A stretch of DNA of 63,887 nt, filler included, from Octopus bimaculoides (GCF_001194135.2; 8 parts of 7 records of this genome joined end to end with filler, not necessarily neighbours in it), one strand, 5' to 3'; shown: positions 24,812 to 37,101, numbered from the whole stretch's first letter. Notes: generated by a model from the sequence alone, not told the origin. Numbers and translations are program-made.

Positions 24812-24919
24812 ATGTATGGGTCAAAAAGGTTTGATTCAAATTCCGTGGTACTTAAAGTTTCAAAGCTTTGAAGCTTTAAGTAGTACGGAATTTGAATCAA
24901 ACTGTTTTGATCCATACAT
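24812..24919. repeat. 108-bp near-perfect loopless palindrome (MITE-like)
   Basis: 54-bp arms centred on CAAAG|CTTTG with about 6 mismatches. Confidence 0.85.
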
Positions 24920-25089
24920 TATATATATGTATGTATGTGTGTGTGTGTGCGTGCGCGCGTGTGTGTGTATGTAAATATATATGTGTGTGTGTGTGTGTGG
25001 CTATGGCTTCTACCATATTGTGGCTTCTTATATCTTTGTCCTCGGGGGTATCTTTCCGGCGGATTTCATTATAGAGTATTCTAGCTACA

Positions 25090-26065
25090 ACATCCTATCG
25101 ATAATACCGTGATGACATTTTCGGATAACTGCTTATGATGTGGGTCATATCTTCGGTGTTAACTCCAGAAAGTCTGCATCGGTTGTCACATTTTACTGCT
25201 TCTCCTGCATCTCTGTCCCTTTTGTGCATCAGGAATTTGGTTGATATTTCCTGTTCCCGTTCCTGGATTGAAAACGCATACCCTTCAAAGTGGGAAGTAG
25301 TAATCCGGTTATTGAGCCATGATAGACTGCTTTGATGATGAATGTTACTATCATCTCGAAAATTTCTACTAACATATATATGAATAGACTTCTTCTCATA
25401 CATGCCCATCCTTTCATCTGATGATACGTTACGGTAGAGTCGTGCGGCGGTCTTTGGGCATGTATTCTAGGATATCAGACAAAGAATTTTGCTCAAGGAG
25501 CTGCCTTCCAAGTATTATGATGTTATCAGCCACATGCATGCAAATTTGGTCAAGGGATGCACTTTGACACTTGGTGGTTAAAATATGTTGCCGAAGGGAT
25601 ATGATACAAGATTCAAAGGCATCTTGGATCGATGTTAAGCCTCTGCCGCTATGTCTACGTCATTGTGTATGTGTAAATTGTGTGTGCTTGTTAGTAATTT
25701 TCAGGTTTTCACATCAGTGGCTCGGATCTCATCAAGCGTCCAATCAAGCAACCCAAATGTTGGTATGAGTTCTGGCACTGCAAACACAATGTGGGCCACT
25801 GTTTTATTGAATGCAGAGAGTTTTGAGGTCCAAATTTTCTTTATTCTACTGTAATATTCTTTAGACACGTGTTTTGTAACAGATGCCATTGCAAGATATG
25901 TTTTCATCCACACCTAGATAGCTGTAGCATTCTTCGTCAGATATTGGGGAAGCAGTCAAGTCATTAATGGAGATATTGCTAGTCTGGTTTACATTTTTCC
26001 CCCTTTTCACAACCATATAATGACATTTATCCTGACCAAACTCCAACCCACATCCTTTGAGAATG
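25090..26065 (-). mobile_element. Dong/R4-type LINE internal fragment (RT C-terminus to zinc knuckle)
   Basis: MEFGQDKC, YSYLGVDE, RIKKIWTSKLSAFNK, FGLLDWTLDEI, DNRCRL...EDMTHIISS. Confidence 0.85.
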
Positions 26066-26184
26066 TTGTAACTGTATGTATATGAACATATGTATGTATA
26101 TATTGAAAGACATATAAGTTTGAATACATGTATTTTTATTGTTTTGGTAAAACTGTGATCGTTGTTTATCTGTACTTCTTTCAG

Positions 26185-26343
26185 GAATAGAGTGGTATCT
26201 GTGTCACTCGTGCTTATGGTTATTTCATTCGCGAAACAGTGGATTCAGGAGACTAAGCCTGTCAGGTTATCGTACTCCTACAACATTCATACTTCTTGCA
26301 TACAAATATGTCTTCGGCTTGTTGGGAGAAGAGAAGAGTTTTT
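26185..26343 (+). CDS. candidate exon (IEWYLCHSCLWLFHSRNSGFRRLSLSGYRTPTTFILLAYKYVFGLLGEEKSF)
   Basis: ctgtacttctttcag acceptor, phase 1 compatible with 24452-24583; donor uncertain (26344 or 26357). Confidence 0.3.
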
Positions 26344-27129
26344 GTAACAAGATTCAGTAATTGAAACAGGAACAAACAATCGGTTTGCCAAGAGCTAATT
26401 TGTATTCCGAAGCACTTGTATTGATTTCTTACTTAGATACAAAGTTTAAGGTCTATTAGGATAGGAAAATAAATTGCTTGATACAAATCATTATAGTTTA
26501 ACAAAAGAAGAAAAATCTCTCGAGGTTATCCCACTTCCAAAATATACCAATCGAATTCTTTCTCAAATCATTCCCTACTCTATTCAGAAGGAAGACACTT
26601 CGTTTAAGGAACTTTTTGGTACACAATATCCAACAAAAATATGGAAGAGTCACTGATTCTGCTCACTCAATCAAGAGACGAAACTGAATAACTTGTAGAT
26701 ATATTTGACTTAACTAAAGTGCACGTTAATCGAAATTATAGCGTTCCTATAATGAGAAACACTTTTTAAAGTAGGTAATGCTTCGGAAAACGTCTGCGTA
26801 TTATATTGTCATCTGTTTCTGTTAGTTTTCTTGACGCAAATAAGTTAAAACCAACTGCTCGTGATTTGATTTTCGTACTAAGCAAATATCTTGTACTATT
26901 TTAAACAAAAATGTAAGAGTTATAATATCATGGGGAGTGAATCTATGACAGTTGCAAATAACATTTTATCCATTTCCTCTCGATATATTCATTGATTTCC
27001 TTGCATTTGTGTTACACTCTTGTACTTCGTCGCTTAAATTTCAGTTCCTCTAGAGAGTCAACATTAGAAGAGCTGTTTTAGCAAAATTATTACGATTGCA
27101 ATATATAATATTGGGTACTAATGTGGTTG

Positions 27130-27510
27130 CAAGCAGGTGCAGACATCCTGCCTCTTGCTACCGGTACCATTTAAGCCAGTACTACCAGTTTTATGGTCGG
27201 GTGGTCGGCGACTAAACCGTCACCTTGCCAGGTGAGGAGTGTCCTACAGACACTCTGCAGGAGTAAGAACAAAACCTGTCCAAGGACAGATGGGGCTCAT
27301 TGAGTCAACAGCCATCCACATGTTTAGTGTCTCATAAAAATACCTTGCATGTGAGCTAACAAACCGTACAGCTAGTCCAAGAGTGTACCCACGATAACTC
27401 CATTGAAAGACACACTGTGGTTTCAAATTGGAATCGAGAATGATGTGACGTAGAGGAAGAGGAAGCCAAACGAGAATGAGACACCTGGAAGGAGAAAGGC
27501 GCACACGAGC
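27130..27510 (-). mobile_element. Tx1/L1-clade LINE 3' coding fragment
   Basis: Decayed C-terminal region (LVWLPLPLRH..., YETLNMW...PICP); GC-richer than flanks; clade assignment is inference. Confidence 0.5.
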
Positions 27511-27678
27511 TGAGAAAATGTGAAATTATGGACGAGATGGAGCAATGTAAAATTATGTGCCTTGCTTACTGATACAAGGCCCTACATGATTCAGGAAAGG
27601 GACTCAGAAACATTATTTTCGGAAATCCAACACATACCCCTAACCACTAGAACATGCCTATATGATAGCACACATAGA

Positions 27679-27713
<35 letters not shown>

Positions 27714-27799
27714 GCATAAAGCGTGAGTTGAGTAAATTGTCACCATTTTATATTTTTATTTCGCGTGTGTGCATTGTTTGCTTTTGATTTTGTCAACTA

Positions 27800-28560
27800 C
27801 ACAGTATAGTAGGGTCTGTTGGGCACTATATGTGACAAAATCACTACCATGACGCAATTCACTCTGCCAAAATTTGAAAACTACATGCTGTACTGTCTGG
27901 CATTCGCGCCGGAAGCTTCAATATGAACATTTCAAAGTATTTGGGTGACAATCTGAGGACATCTACCAAGAGTGATAAAAATGAAACATCCAGTCAACAT
28001 TATAGTGTTTGGAGCGATCACTGGTTAGGACCATTTTATGGCTCCATTCATCCTCCCACACGGCCTCAGGCTCAAAACGAAGGCCTACATCAAGTGCCTG
28101 AGGGTGGCAGTGCTGCGCTGGGTAAAGAGGGTGTCTGCTGGAAGACCCTATATCTGGCAACAGGGCTCTTTACCATGTCACACAAGCAGGAGAACCCAGT
28201 CATGGCTGTCAGACAATGTCTGCGACCACATCACACCTAACATCTGGCCACCTATCTCCCAAGACTGCAACCCCCTTAATTGTTATGTGTAGGGCGCAGT
28301 TGAGCGAGAGACCAACAAAATTCCTTGTAACACCAAAGATGAACTGAAGGACAAGATTATGGTAGCATTCACCAACTTCAACAAGGAGACCGTCCAGAAG
28401 AGATGTAGGAGATTCCTAAGTCGTCAGGAAGCCGTGGTTGAAGCAAATGGTGATTTTATTGAATAAATCTAATCTTAGTATTTCAAGATATTTTTATGTA
28501 ATGTTGGTAAAAGTATCTGTTAAAACGAGATGTCAGTTTTCTTTTCAATTTTTGAGTCAT
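27800..28560 (+). mobile_element. Tc1/mariner element, internally deleted
   Basis: GRPYIWQQGSLPCHTSRRTQSWLSDN..IWPPISQDCNPLNCYV*GAVE...RRFLSRQEAVVEANGDFIE*. Confidence 0.88.
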
Positions 28561-29814
28561 TTACACGACAGTTTATTCACCAAATTATANNNNNNNNNNN
28601 NNNNNNNNNNNNNNNNNNNNNNNNNNNNNNNNNNNNNNNNNNNNNNNNNNNNNNNNNNNNNNNNNNNNNNNNNNNNNNNNNNNNNNNNNNNNNNNNNNNN
28701 NNNNNNNNNNNNNNNNNNNNNNNNNNNNNNNNNNNNNNNNNNNNNNNNNNNNNNNNNNNNNNNNNNNNNNNNNNNNNNNNNNNNNNNNNNNNNNNNNNNN
28801 NNNNNNNNNNNNNNNNNNNNNNNNNNNNNNNNNNNNNNNNNNNNNNNNNNNNNNNNNNNNNNNNNNNNNNNNNNNNNNNNNNNNNNNNNNNNNNNNNNNN
28901 NNNNNNNNNNNNNNNNNNNNNNNNNNNNNNNNNNNNNNNNNNNNNNNNNNNNNNNNNNNNNNNNNNNNNNNNNNNNNNNNNNNNNNNNNNNNNNNNNNNN
29001 NNNNNNNNNNNNNNNNNNNNNNNNNNNNNNNNNNNNNNNNNNNNNNNNNNNNNNNNNNNNNNNNNNNNNNNNNNNNNNNNNNNNNNNNNNNNNNNNNNNN
29101 NNNNNNNNNNNNNNNNNNNNNNNNNNNNNNNNNNNNNNNNNNNNNNNNNNNNNNNNNNNNNNNNNNNNNNNNNNNNNNNNNNNNNNNNNNNNNNNNNNNN
29201 NNNNNNNNNNNNNNNNNNNNNNNNNNNNNNNNNNNNNNNNNNNNNNNNNNNNNNNNNNNNNNNNNNNNNNNNNNNNNNNNNNNNNNNNNNNNNNNNNNNN
29301 NNNNNNNNNNNNNNNNNNNNNNNNNNNNNNNNNNNNNNNNNNNNNNNNNNNNNNNNNNNNNNNNNNNNNNNNNNNNNNNNNNNNNNNNNNNNNNNNNNNN
29401 NNNNNNNNNNNNNNNNNNNNNNNNNNTATATATATATATATATATATGCATATGTATATACATATATATATACATGTATATATATATATATACATATATA
29501 TACATGTACATATATATATATCTCTTAATGCAGCTCTATCATATAACCCCCTACTCATACATCTCACACTTATTCACTCCTTACCTTCTTATTTTTTCCT
29601 ATTCGTCTCCCACTCCTGTCCCATCCTCCCATCACATTATCTTGACCACCAACTACCAATCCTTTTCTCACTACTTTCATCCTTTCTTCACTTTTTTCTG
29701 TCTTTTGTCCTCTCATTTTCTCATCCTGTTTTCATGTTGACCTATCTCCTCATTCTAATCATACACCTCTCTACACCCCTCCCATCTATCCACAAACACT
29801 ACCAATAATTTTCC

Positions 29815-30133
29815 AGAGGATGTAGCAACCGTTACCAATATAGCATAAGAACTTACCTTAGGGGATCATTAACTAGATTCCTTAAGGGTCGTTCTCACAG
29901 TTTATATTTATATTATAAGGTTTTTAACTTTTAAATTTTCATATTCAAAAGAGACAGAGACTTCAAACTCGATATATCGATTTATTCACCACTCTATGTT
30001 AACATTTCTGTGCCAAACATATCCAGTGACTGGTCCATTGGATTTTTGACATTTGGCACTTCTTCAGGAGTGGTTACTATTGGAACAAAACACGAAAAAA
30101 CACATACATAACGATCCTTAAATTATTAAAATC
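29815..30133 (-). mobile_element. HHR-bearing repeat (PLE pLTR/retrozyme-like), truncated by gap
   Basis: Contains an intact HHR and a downstream AG|GTAAGT donor; boundaries approximate. Confidence 0.5.
29988..30074 (-). ncRNA. type I hammerhead ribozyme, intact catalytic core
   Basis: Minus: ACCACUC-CUGAAGA-A GUGCCAAAU..GUUUGGCAC A-GAAA UG uuaa CA UA-GAGUGGU; 7-bp helix I, >=9-bp helix II, predicted cut between 29995 and 29994. Confidence 0.88.
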
Positions 30134-30233
30134 NNNNNNNNNNNNNNNNNNNNNNNNNNNNNNNNNNNNNNNNNNNNTTAATTAATTAANNNNNNNNNNN
30201 NNNNNNNNNNNNNNNNNNNNNNNNNNNNNNNNN

Positions 30234-30264
<31 letters not shown>

Positions 30265-31073
30265 TGCACAAAAACACAGTCATATTGACATTCTTCAACT
30301 TACTTTTATATCATAAAATGGCTTTGTCACTGGCGAACGTAATTAAATAATTCTGTTACATCATTTAGTTTTGTGTCATTAAATCTGAACTTCAAATAGC
30401 CAAAAAGCGGCGTGGAGAAATCCAGGCAAACATAAAGTGATGGCCATTAACTAAAACAGACACGATCTTCATTCGGCTATTTTTATTAAAGCGCTTCCAA
30501 TATTCCTTGATATTTAAATGGAAATTAAATACATGGTATTTGTCCGAATAAATACACGTTGAGGCTTAGTTAAATCTGAAAATTGTCACTAGAGTTACAA
30601 AAATATATCTAAATTGACTTACAATCCCATTGGTTTAGTTCTAGGCAGTATGTGTGTGAAGATTTTTAATCAAATCATATATAATTCGTATGCTGACCGA
30701 ACACATCAGACAAGAAACTAAACAAAAGCTACTGAAGTTATTGTTTTATGACTAAATGTTTTAAGTAAATTGTCCAAAATACAACTTGTTCATTTGAAGA
30801 TTATAGGTGAGTTATATCCCTTCCACAATCTAAGATTACCTGAGTTATGTTAAAACAAAAATAAAAAGAACTCCCTTGGTGCATGATATCCGAACACGAA
30901 CGAGGATATAATTATCTAAAACAACCGTTTTGGCAAATTTCATACACCTAGACAATACCGATTGAATAAGATCTGACGTGATGTCAACTAGTGGATGTTA
31001 TTCACAGTTTTCGAACTTACAAGCCATCCCAGCACAATTACGCAACCTATACACACACACACAAACAGACACA

Positions 31074-31119
<46 letters not shown>

Positions 31120-31142
31120 TACACACACACACACATACACAC

Positions 31143-31179
<37 letters not shown>

Positions 31180-31499
31180 AATAAATGTGTGTGTGTGTGT
31201 GTGTGTGTGTTTGCGTGTGTATGCATCTTTGTGTGTATATATGCCCAGAATGGATAACTTACTGATTTATAAACAAGAATTCATCCTAATGATCTGTTTT
31301 TAATCACTAGTCGATCGTTCAAATCTATTGTCTTATCACTCAGTTGTAAAGTGTTTTCTGCATGATTATTCAACCCTGATTGCTTGATGTACGCTGACTG
31401 ACACCTAATATCTGATAAGCTGACACTAATCCTTGTTAATCATTTTCCTTTCGTTGTAAATAATTTTGTCGGAAAGCCATTCTCAAATAAAAATTCTGT

Positions 31500-31960
31500 G
31501 CGAAGAATGATACAGTACTCGGCGAATTGGTGAAAGATTGAAACTGGCACTGAGAATTGTTTCAGGGTCAATAAACAACACGGCTCGCCCAAAGTCCACC
31601 ACCAAGCGAATGGACGATGCTATTATTCTAACGGCCAAAATGTTTCTCAGAAAGTCTACCGAAGCTATTCAAGGCGTGGTTATTGGTATTAAACTATTCA
31701 ATCTGGTCTACCGCAAGAAGACAAGGTTTTTAGCTAGCACAGTCGTACAAGATCATGACTGATCGTTTGGCATTTTTGTCGAACAATGGAAACGAGTTAT
31801 CTTTTTGGAGTAAACGCAGGTGTCACAATTTTATGCATTTTGCAGACATGTGAGACGACCTCCTAAGGGAAGGGACAATCCTCGCCACATTACCCCAAGT
31901 GTTAGAAATGTTCCGAAATTTATGGTGTGGAGAGCTATTTGTGCTGGTGGAAGATGCGGA
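31500..31960 (+). mobile_element. Tc1-family transposase N-terminal half
   Basis: RPKSTTKRMDDAI, RHVRRPPKGRDNPRHITPSVRNVPKFMVWRAICAGGRCG. Confidence 0.8.
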
Positions 31961-31967
31961 CATATAT

Positions 31968-32012
<45 letters not shown>

Positions 32013-32198
32013 CGTTTGAATATAAACACACATATGTAGATACATGCGCACGTGAACACATATATGTATGGTCAGAATGGAAGACTTACTACATAAGTAA
32101 GAGATCGAATATTTCCGATGAAAATACTATTTAATCAGTAAGAAATTAACATCTTTCCCAAATTCTGATATAATATTTTAAGAGGTCCTTACAGAATC

Positions 32199-32580
32199 AC
32201 TATTTCATATGTTGTCCTTTGTTGTGAATCACAGCGTCAATTATGTTGGACATTGATAAGCACAATGTTTCGCACAATTCAGGTGTTACCTCCACAGTCC
32301 AGCTCTTTGATGGTATTTTTCAACTCTGATCGTGATGTTAGATTTCTAGCGGCTTCGTTTGGTTTCAGATTAACTCAACAATACTCAACTGAGTTGACAT
32401 CCGGGGAGTTTCCTGACCATGGTCCCAAGATCTCATACCCAGAATTGCTTAGTCACTGCTATACAGCTCTTGTCTGGTGGGTCTCTTGAAGGTGATGACC
32501 TCAGGTTTTTGATATTCAAAAGGCATGGAGATAGATAAAACCTGAATTCCCGACCTACCGAAACAAGACTTCTATATGGA
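32199..32580 (-). mobile_element. Tc1-family transposase C-terminal half (inverted)
   Basis: IEVL..., HQTRAV.Q*L.NSGYEILGPWSGNSPDVNSVEYC*VNLK...SELKNTIK, MSNIIDAVIHNKGQHMK*. Confidence 0.8.
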
Positions 32581-33063
32581 TTATACGTATGTAAATGTAT
32601 CTTTCTTTAGGCGATTGGCATTTGTAACATTTATTTATAAGACGTCTCTACTGGTCCTATTCCTTTTGCTAAATATTAATATGTTAATTAGAATACAAGA
32701 TAGCAAACAAAAGCGTACATTCTTCACCAGTAACATGCATTTTCAGTTCTCATAATATAAACAAAGTAACATAAAGATTAAATGTTAAGTTTTACAATCA
32801 TTAACGAAGAAATTCTTTTATTATTGTTTACTTCTCATAGAGTAGGCCTTCAATAAATAAACTACCTAAAAGCAAGAAAACCTTAATTTTGTCCTGAATA
32901 GAGTATTCAGTAATTTCGTCACTAAATTGTCTTTAAAATATGATATGAAACAGATTTATTGATGCCCATCTTAAGTTTGAAAATTAAAAGTGGTAGCTAT
33001 TATGTTAAACTGTCGTATATCAAAATGCTTTTTTTTTCTCAATATTTATTTTGTTTGCAATAG

Positions 33064-33131
33064 CTGTTTCTTTTCGTCAAACTATCATATCTCCCGCTGC
33101 TTCAGTTGCCAAAATATCAAAACATGGCAAG
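33064..33131 (+). CDS. candidate exon (VSFRQTIISPAASVAKISKHGK)
   Basis: ttttgtttgcaatag acceptor, AAG|gtctag donor, open in phase 1. Confidence 0.3.
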
Positions 33132-33957
33132 GTCTAGTATAAAGGTTTTGCTATGGAATGGCGAAATTATTTTTCCTGAAAAAGCAACGTTTAGGACTTA
33201 CGACACTTTTGATATTAAGTGATATTAGTGATTAACAATTTTTTTTCACAAAATAAAGGGGTGGAAACATCTGAAGTTTTACATCTTATCTAGATGTCCA
33301 CCTGACGTATATTCTTGTCACATTTCTGAAGCTTTAGCTATTGTAACACAATATGTACACAGAAATATACTTATATGTTCATGGAAGAGAAAAAGTGGTA
33401 GACATATTTGAAGAAGAAGATATAGCATGATAATAAGTAGAAGTACTTTTAAAAAGCATATTGCTTTTAGGTTAAGAATTACACTAACATATATTTACAT
33501 ACTAAATACAAATCGTCTTTATCCAAATAATTTACAAACATATGTAAGAGCACAAAACTGTGACCCTAACAGAGACAAGTAACAAATAATTTAAAACCAT
33601 ATCAAATATTAATTAATTAGGAAATTGCTAGAGATTATACAAACATAAAATTTAAAAGAGAAATTGAGAAAATGTTTATAATTAGATACGCTACGAGGCA
33701 AGCAATATACAACCAAGGGGAATAGTAACCAAAGACGAAACATACTGTAATTATGATTAAGGTGAACATCTCTTAGGTATCTGTAAATTATACAGTTTAT
33801 TATATATATTGTTCATAATCCAGGAAGTTAATTTCTGATTTTTGATGCACAATACATATGCGCAATACACACAACCCTCCATCAAATTGACATACACACA
33901 TATATACTTAAACACATACACATACATATATATCTATATATATATGCACACACACAC

Positions 33958-34032
<75 letters not shown>

Positions 34033-34157
34033 CACANNNNNNNNNNNNNNNNNNNNNNNNNNNNNNNNNNNNNNNNNNNNNNNNNNATATATATATATAT
34101 ATAAATGCATATACGCACATACATACAAACATATGTTCACACACACATATACATATA

Positions 34158-34387
34158 ACAAATTAAAAGGGAGGCTTATTAGCAACTGAAACTCATAAGG
34201 CAAAATTATTAGAGGTCACAAAATTGACAGATGATATTTATAGCACCGCTTTCGCTAAAAGTAAGAGTTGTTTTAACTCTTATTTTTAGCAAAAAGGGTG
34301 CTAGTAAGTGCACTCTGTCAGTTTTTGTGACCTCTATTAATTTTGCCTTTATATTTCAATTGCTAATAAGCCCCCCTTTTTATTTGT
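34158..34387. mobile_element. 230-bp fully palindromic MITE-like element
   Basis: Arms acaaattaaaagggaggcttattagcaa...gaggtcacaaaattgacaga / tctgtcagtttttgtgacctc...ttgctaataagccccccttttatttgt plus an inner hairpin; TA on both flanks. Confidence 0.85.
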
Positions 34388-34663
34388 TATTTACACGTTT
34401 ACCGTTTTGAAAATCAGCATTTGCTTTCAAAGGTTTTTGTTAGGCAAAATGTTTTAAGAACATTTTAAACCGGTTATCCTCTTCTACTTTATTGTATATA
34501 GTTCGATTAGCCATGGCCGAGCAGCTATATTGCCAAATTTGTTTCGTTTTGTGGCTTGCATTTCATTTCTACAAACACTTGTAGTGGGACAACACAATGT
34601 AATCAGCGCTTTATTAATTTCATATCACGGGTATGATTTAACGAAGACAATATCTATTTCCAG

Positions 34664-34714
34664 GAGATTCAATGATTATGAAGTGGCTTCTTCTTTCCTT
34701 CGACGCCTTCGACT
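34664..34714 (+). CDS. candidate 51-nt exon (RFNDYEVASSFLRRLR or DSMIMKWLLLSFDAFD)
   Basis: ctatttccag acceptor, CT|gtaaga donor; two frames open. Confidence 0.3.
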
Positions 34715-35522
34715 GTAAGATTAGCATGCTTTTCTTGAGAATAATGCCTACAGAAAAAAATGAATGAATGTAAACTAAGATAAAATGAAATGTACAGATG
34801 ACTTGAAGAAAGTTTACCAGAAAACTTGAGCGGGATTAAATGAGGAGCGGAACGGATGCCATGTTTTTTTGTGTGAAAAATTAATGTACATCCTATTAAA
34901 TAATAATTTTAGATTCTGTAGTAGTCGTTGAAAACCTACAGCACTTTGATCAGTTATTATTCACAAATCGGATTGCGAATTTCTTTGGATGACGTTTAGG
35001 ATACACGCATGCGATTCTGCGTGATTATTTGTGTGCATGTAACAGTATCATTATTCAAATATCTAAATGTAGTATGTCTCAAGACCTGTCCTTTATGGAG
35101 AGTCAATAAGAGTTATTTTATGACATACATGTCAGACATAAAGAGGAATCTGCTATTTCATGTTTGTTGCTAATGTTGGGTTATTTTAAACGCTAAGAGA
35201 ATTTAAACAAATATTGTGATACTAATATCTGTAATATTTGAGAATCAGTTGTTTAAAATAGGTAAATTTGAATGTGCAACCCAATGGCGAATATCCTGAA
35301 AGATAAACACCTATCCTATCATATTTTTCAAATAGGTGACCTCAAATTATGAAATTCTTATATGAAATTCTTTAAAACATCTAAATTGTGATTTCAGAGA
35401 GAGTTGGTTGACATTTCTAATGATTTATTAATCACGTTGAAGAATCCCTGTTGGCTTGATCCGTTTATCTGTAGTTAAGATGATATAATACAATGCAGTA
35501 TTTTTAACACATTTAATGTTAA

Positions 35523-35750
35523 GGCGGCGAGCTGGCAGAATCGTTAGCACGTCGGACGGAATGCTTAGCGGTATTTCGATTGCCGTTACGTTCTGAGTTC
35601 AAATTCTGCTGATGTCAACTTTGCCTTTCAGGGTCGATTAAATGAGTACCAGTGAGGCACTGAAGTCGATGTATTCGACTTATTCGCTTTGTCTGTCCTT
35701 GTTTGTCCCTTTTATGTTTAGCCTCCCGTGGGCAGTAAAGAAATAAATAT
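35523..35750 (+). mobile_element. SINE S2 with alternative 3' tail
   Basis: ggcggcgagctggcagaatcgttagc head, B box, tail tttgtctgtccttgtttgtcccc...gtgggcagtaaagaaataa. Confidence 0.88.
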
Positions 35751-36351
35751 TATTAAACGTTTGGAAGGCAGGGATTTTGAAGGTATCTAACTTTTGTATC
35801 ACTCTGGGTTAACCGAAGTAAATTCTCAGTTTATGAAAGCGGAAGATATCTATTTTGGTGCAGTTAGGTTTTTAATATGTATAATAATATTATTTGCTAC
35901 TATCACATATTTCAATAAAATTAAGATAGAGAGAATGATATTTGAAATACGAAAACATCTTGTAAAAATGTATTGAGAAAGAAAAGCTTGTCTTAAATTC
36001 TGTCTCTTCTTTTCATTGTAATAGATTTACTGATTATTCGTCAAAGTAAAATATCTTGCAATTTTCAAAATATTTCTTATAACATTCTAATACCGCTTGA
36101 TATTATGTGAGTATACTGCACATATGCACGAAGAATAGATTTTTCAACTTAACTTATGATATAGTCCGAAGATACATATAGTGAGCGATACCATCACTAC
36201 TGTGAACAAATTTGTACATATATGGATGCATGCAAACAGCTATCTAAACGCACAAACATAAATACTCGTACATTATATGATGTGATGTCGGAATTAGAGT
36301 TACATACACCGTACTCCATGCATTATATACATACATATATACAGGCTTTAT

Positions 36352-36383
<32 letters not shown>

Positions 36384-37010
36384 GTATGTATATATATATA
36401 TATATATATATATAACGATATTTAAATATTCTATATTTACACATACATAGTTAAGACTACGTGCCAGCCAGTTTCTGTGTGTATGTGTATGAATGACAGT
36501 ATGTATGAGTGCATGTAAAGCGAGGCCATTTAATGATATGCAGATGTATTCTTCAAGCTCGAAATACGATCTTCATATAATGTTCCAATTTATTCATAGA
36601 ATAAGTAAGCAAGTCTGAATTCTGTGTTGAGAGTTTTTGGAATAAGTAACTATCCATTCTACATATAGGAAATCTATTTCGATAATCACCATATACGTTT
36701 CTATCTTGGAATTTATTCTTTAAGTTATTCACCAAGTTTCTAAAGTTTCTAACCATCATTGCACTGTATTTTACACAAATATTCACACTAAGATCAGCCA
36801 AAACAATAATCATAAGTTCAGATATAAATTTAAAGGTTTAAATAGTTTTAACTAAGTTAGGTCTAAGTTAAGTAGGAAGGATTAATTTGTGTGAATAAGT
36901 ATCTGTGTGTGTATCTCTTTCTCTCTCTCTCTCTCTCTCTCCCTCGCACGCACACATATATATATGTTTATATAGATAGATACATATACATATCCATTTA
37001 TATATGTATG

Positions 37011-37042
<32 letters not shown>

Positions 37043-37069
37043 NNNNNNNNNNNNNNNNNNNNNNNNNNN

Positions 37070-37101
<32 letters not shown>

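Noticed and set aside
32253-32489. Plus ORF with CUB-like SSLMVFFNSD..GF, and a hammerhead-like motif at 32390-32440 (minus)
   Set aside because: Both are explained by the Tc1 transposase coding sequence on the minus strand (GYEILGPWSGNSP).
36553-36813. 86-aa minus ORF in AT-rich DNA
   Set aside because: No recognisable motif, no convincing splice signals or coding bias.
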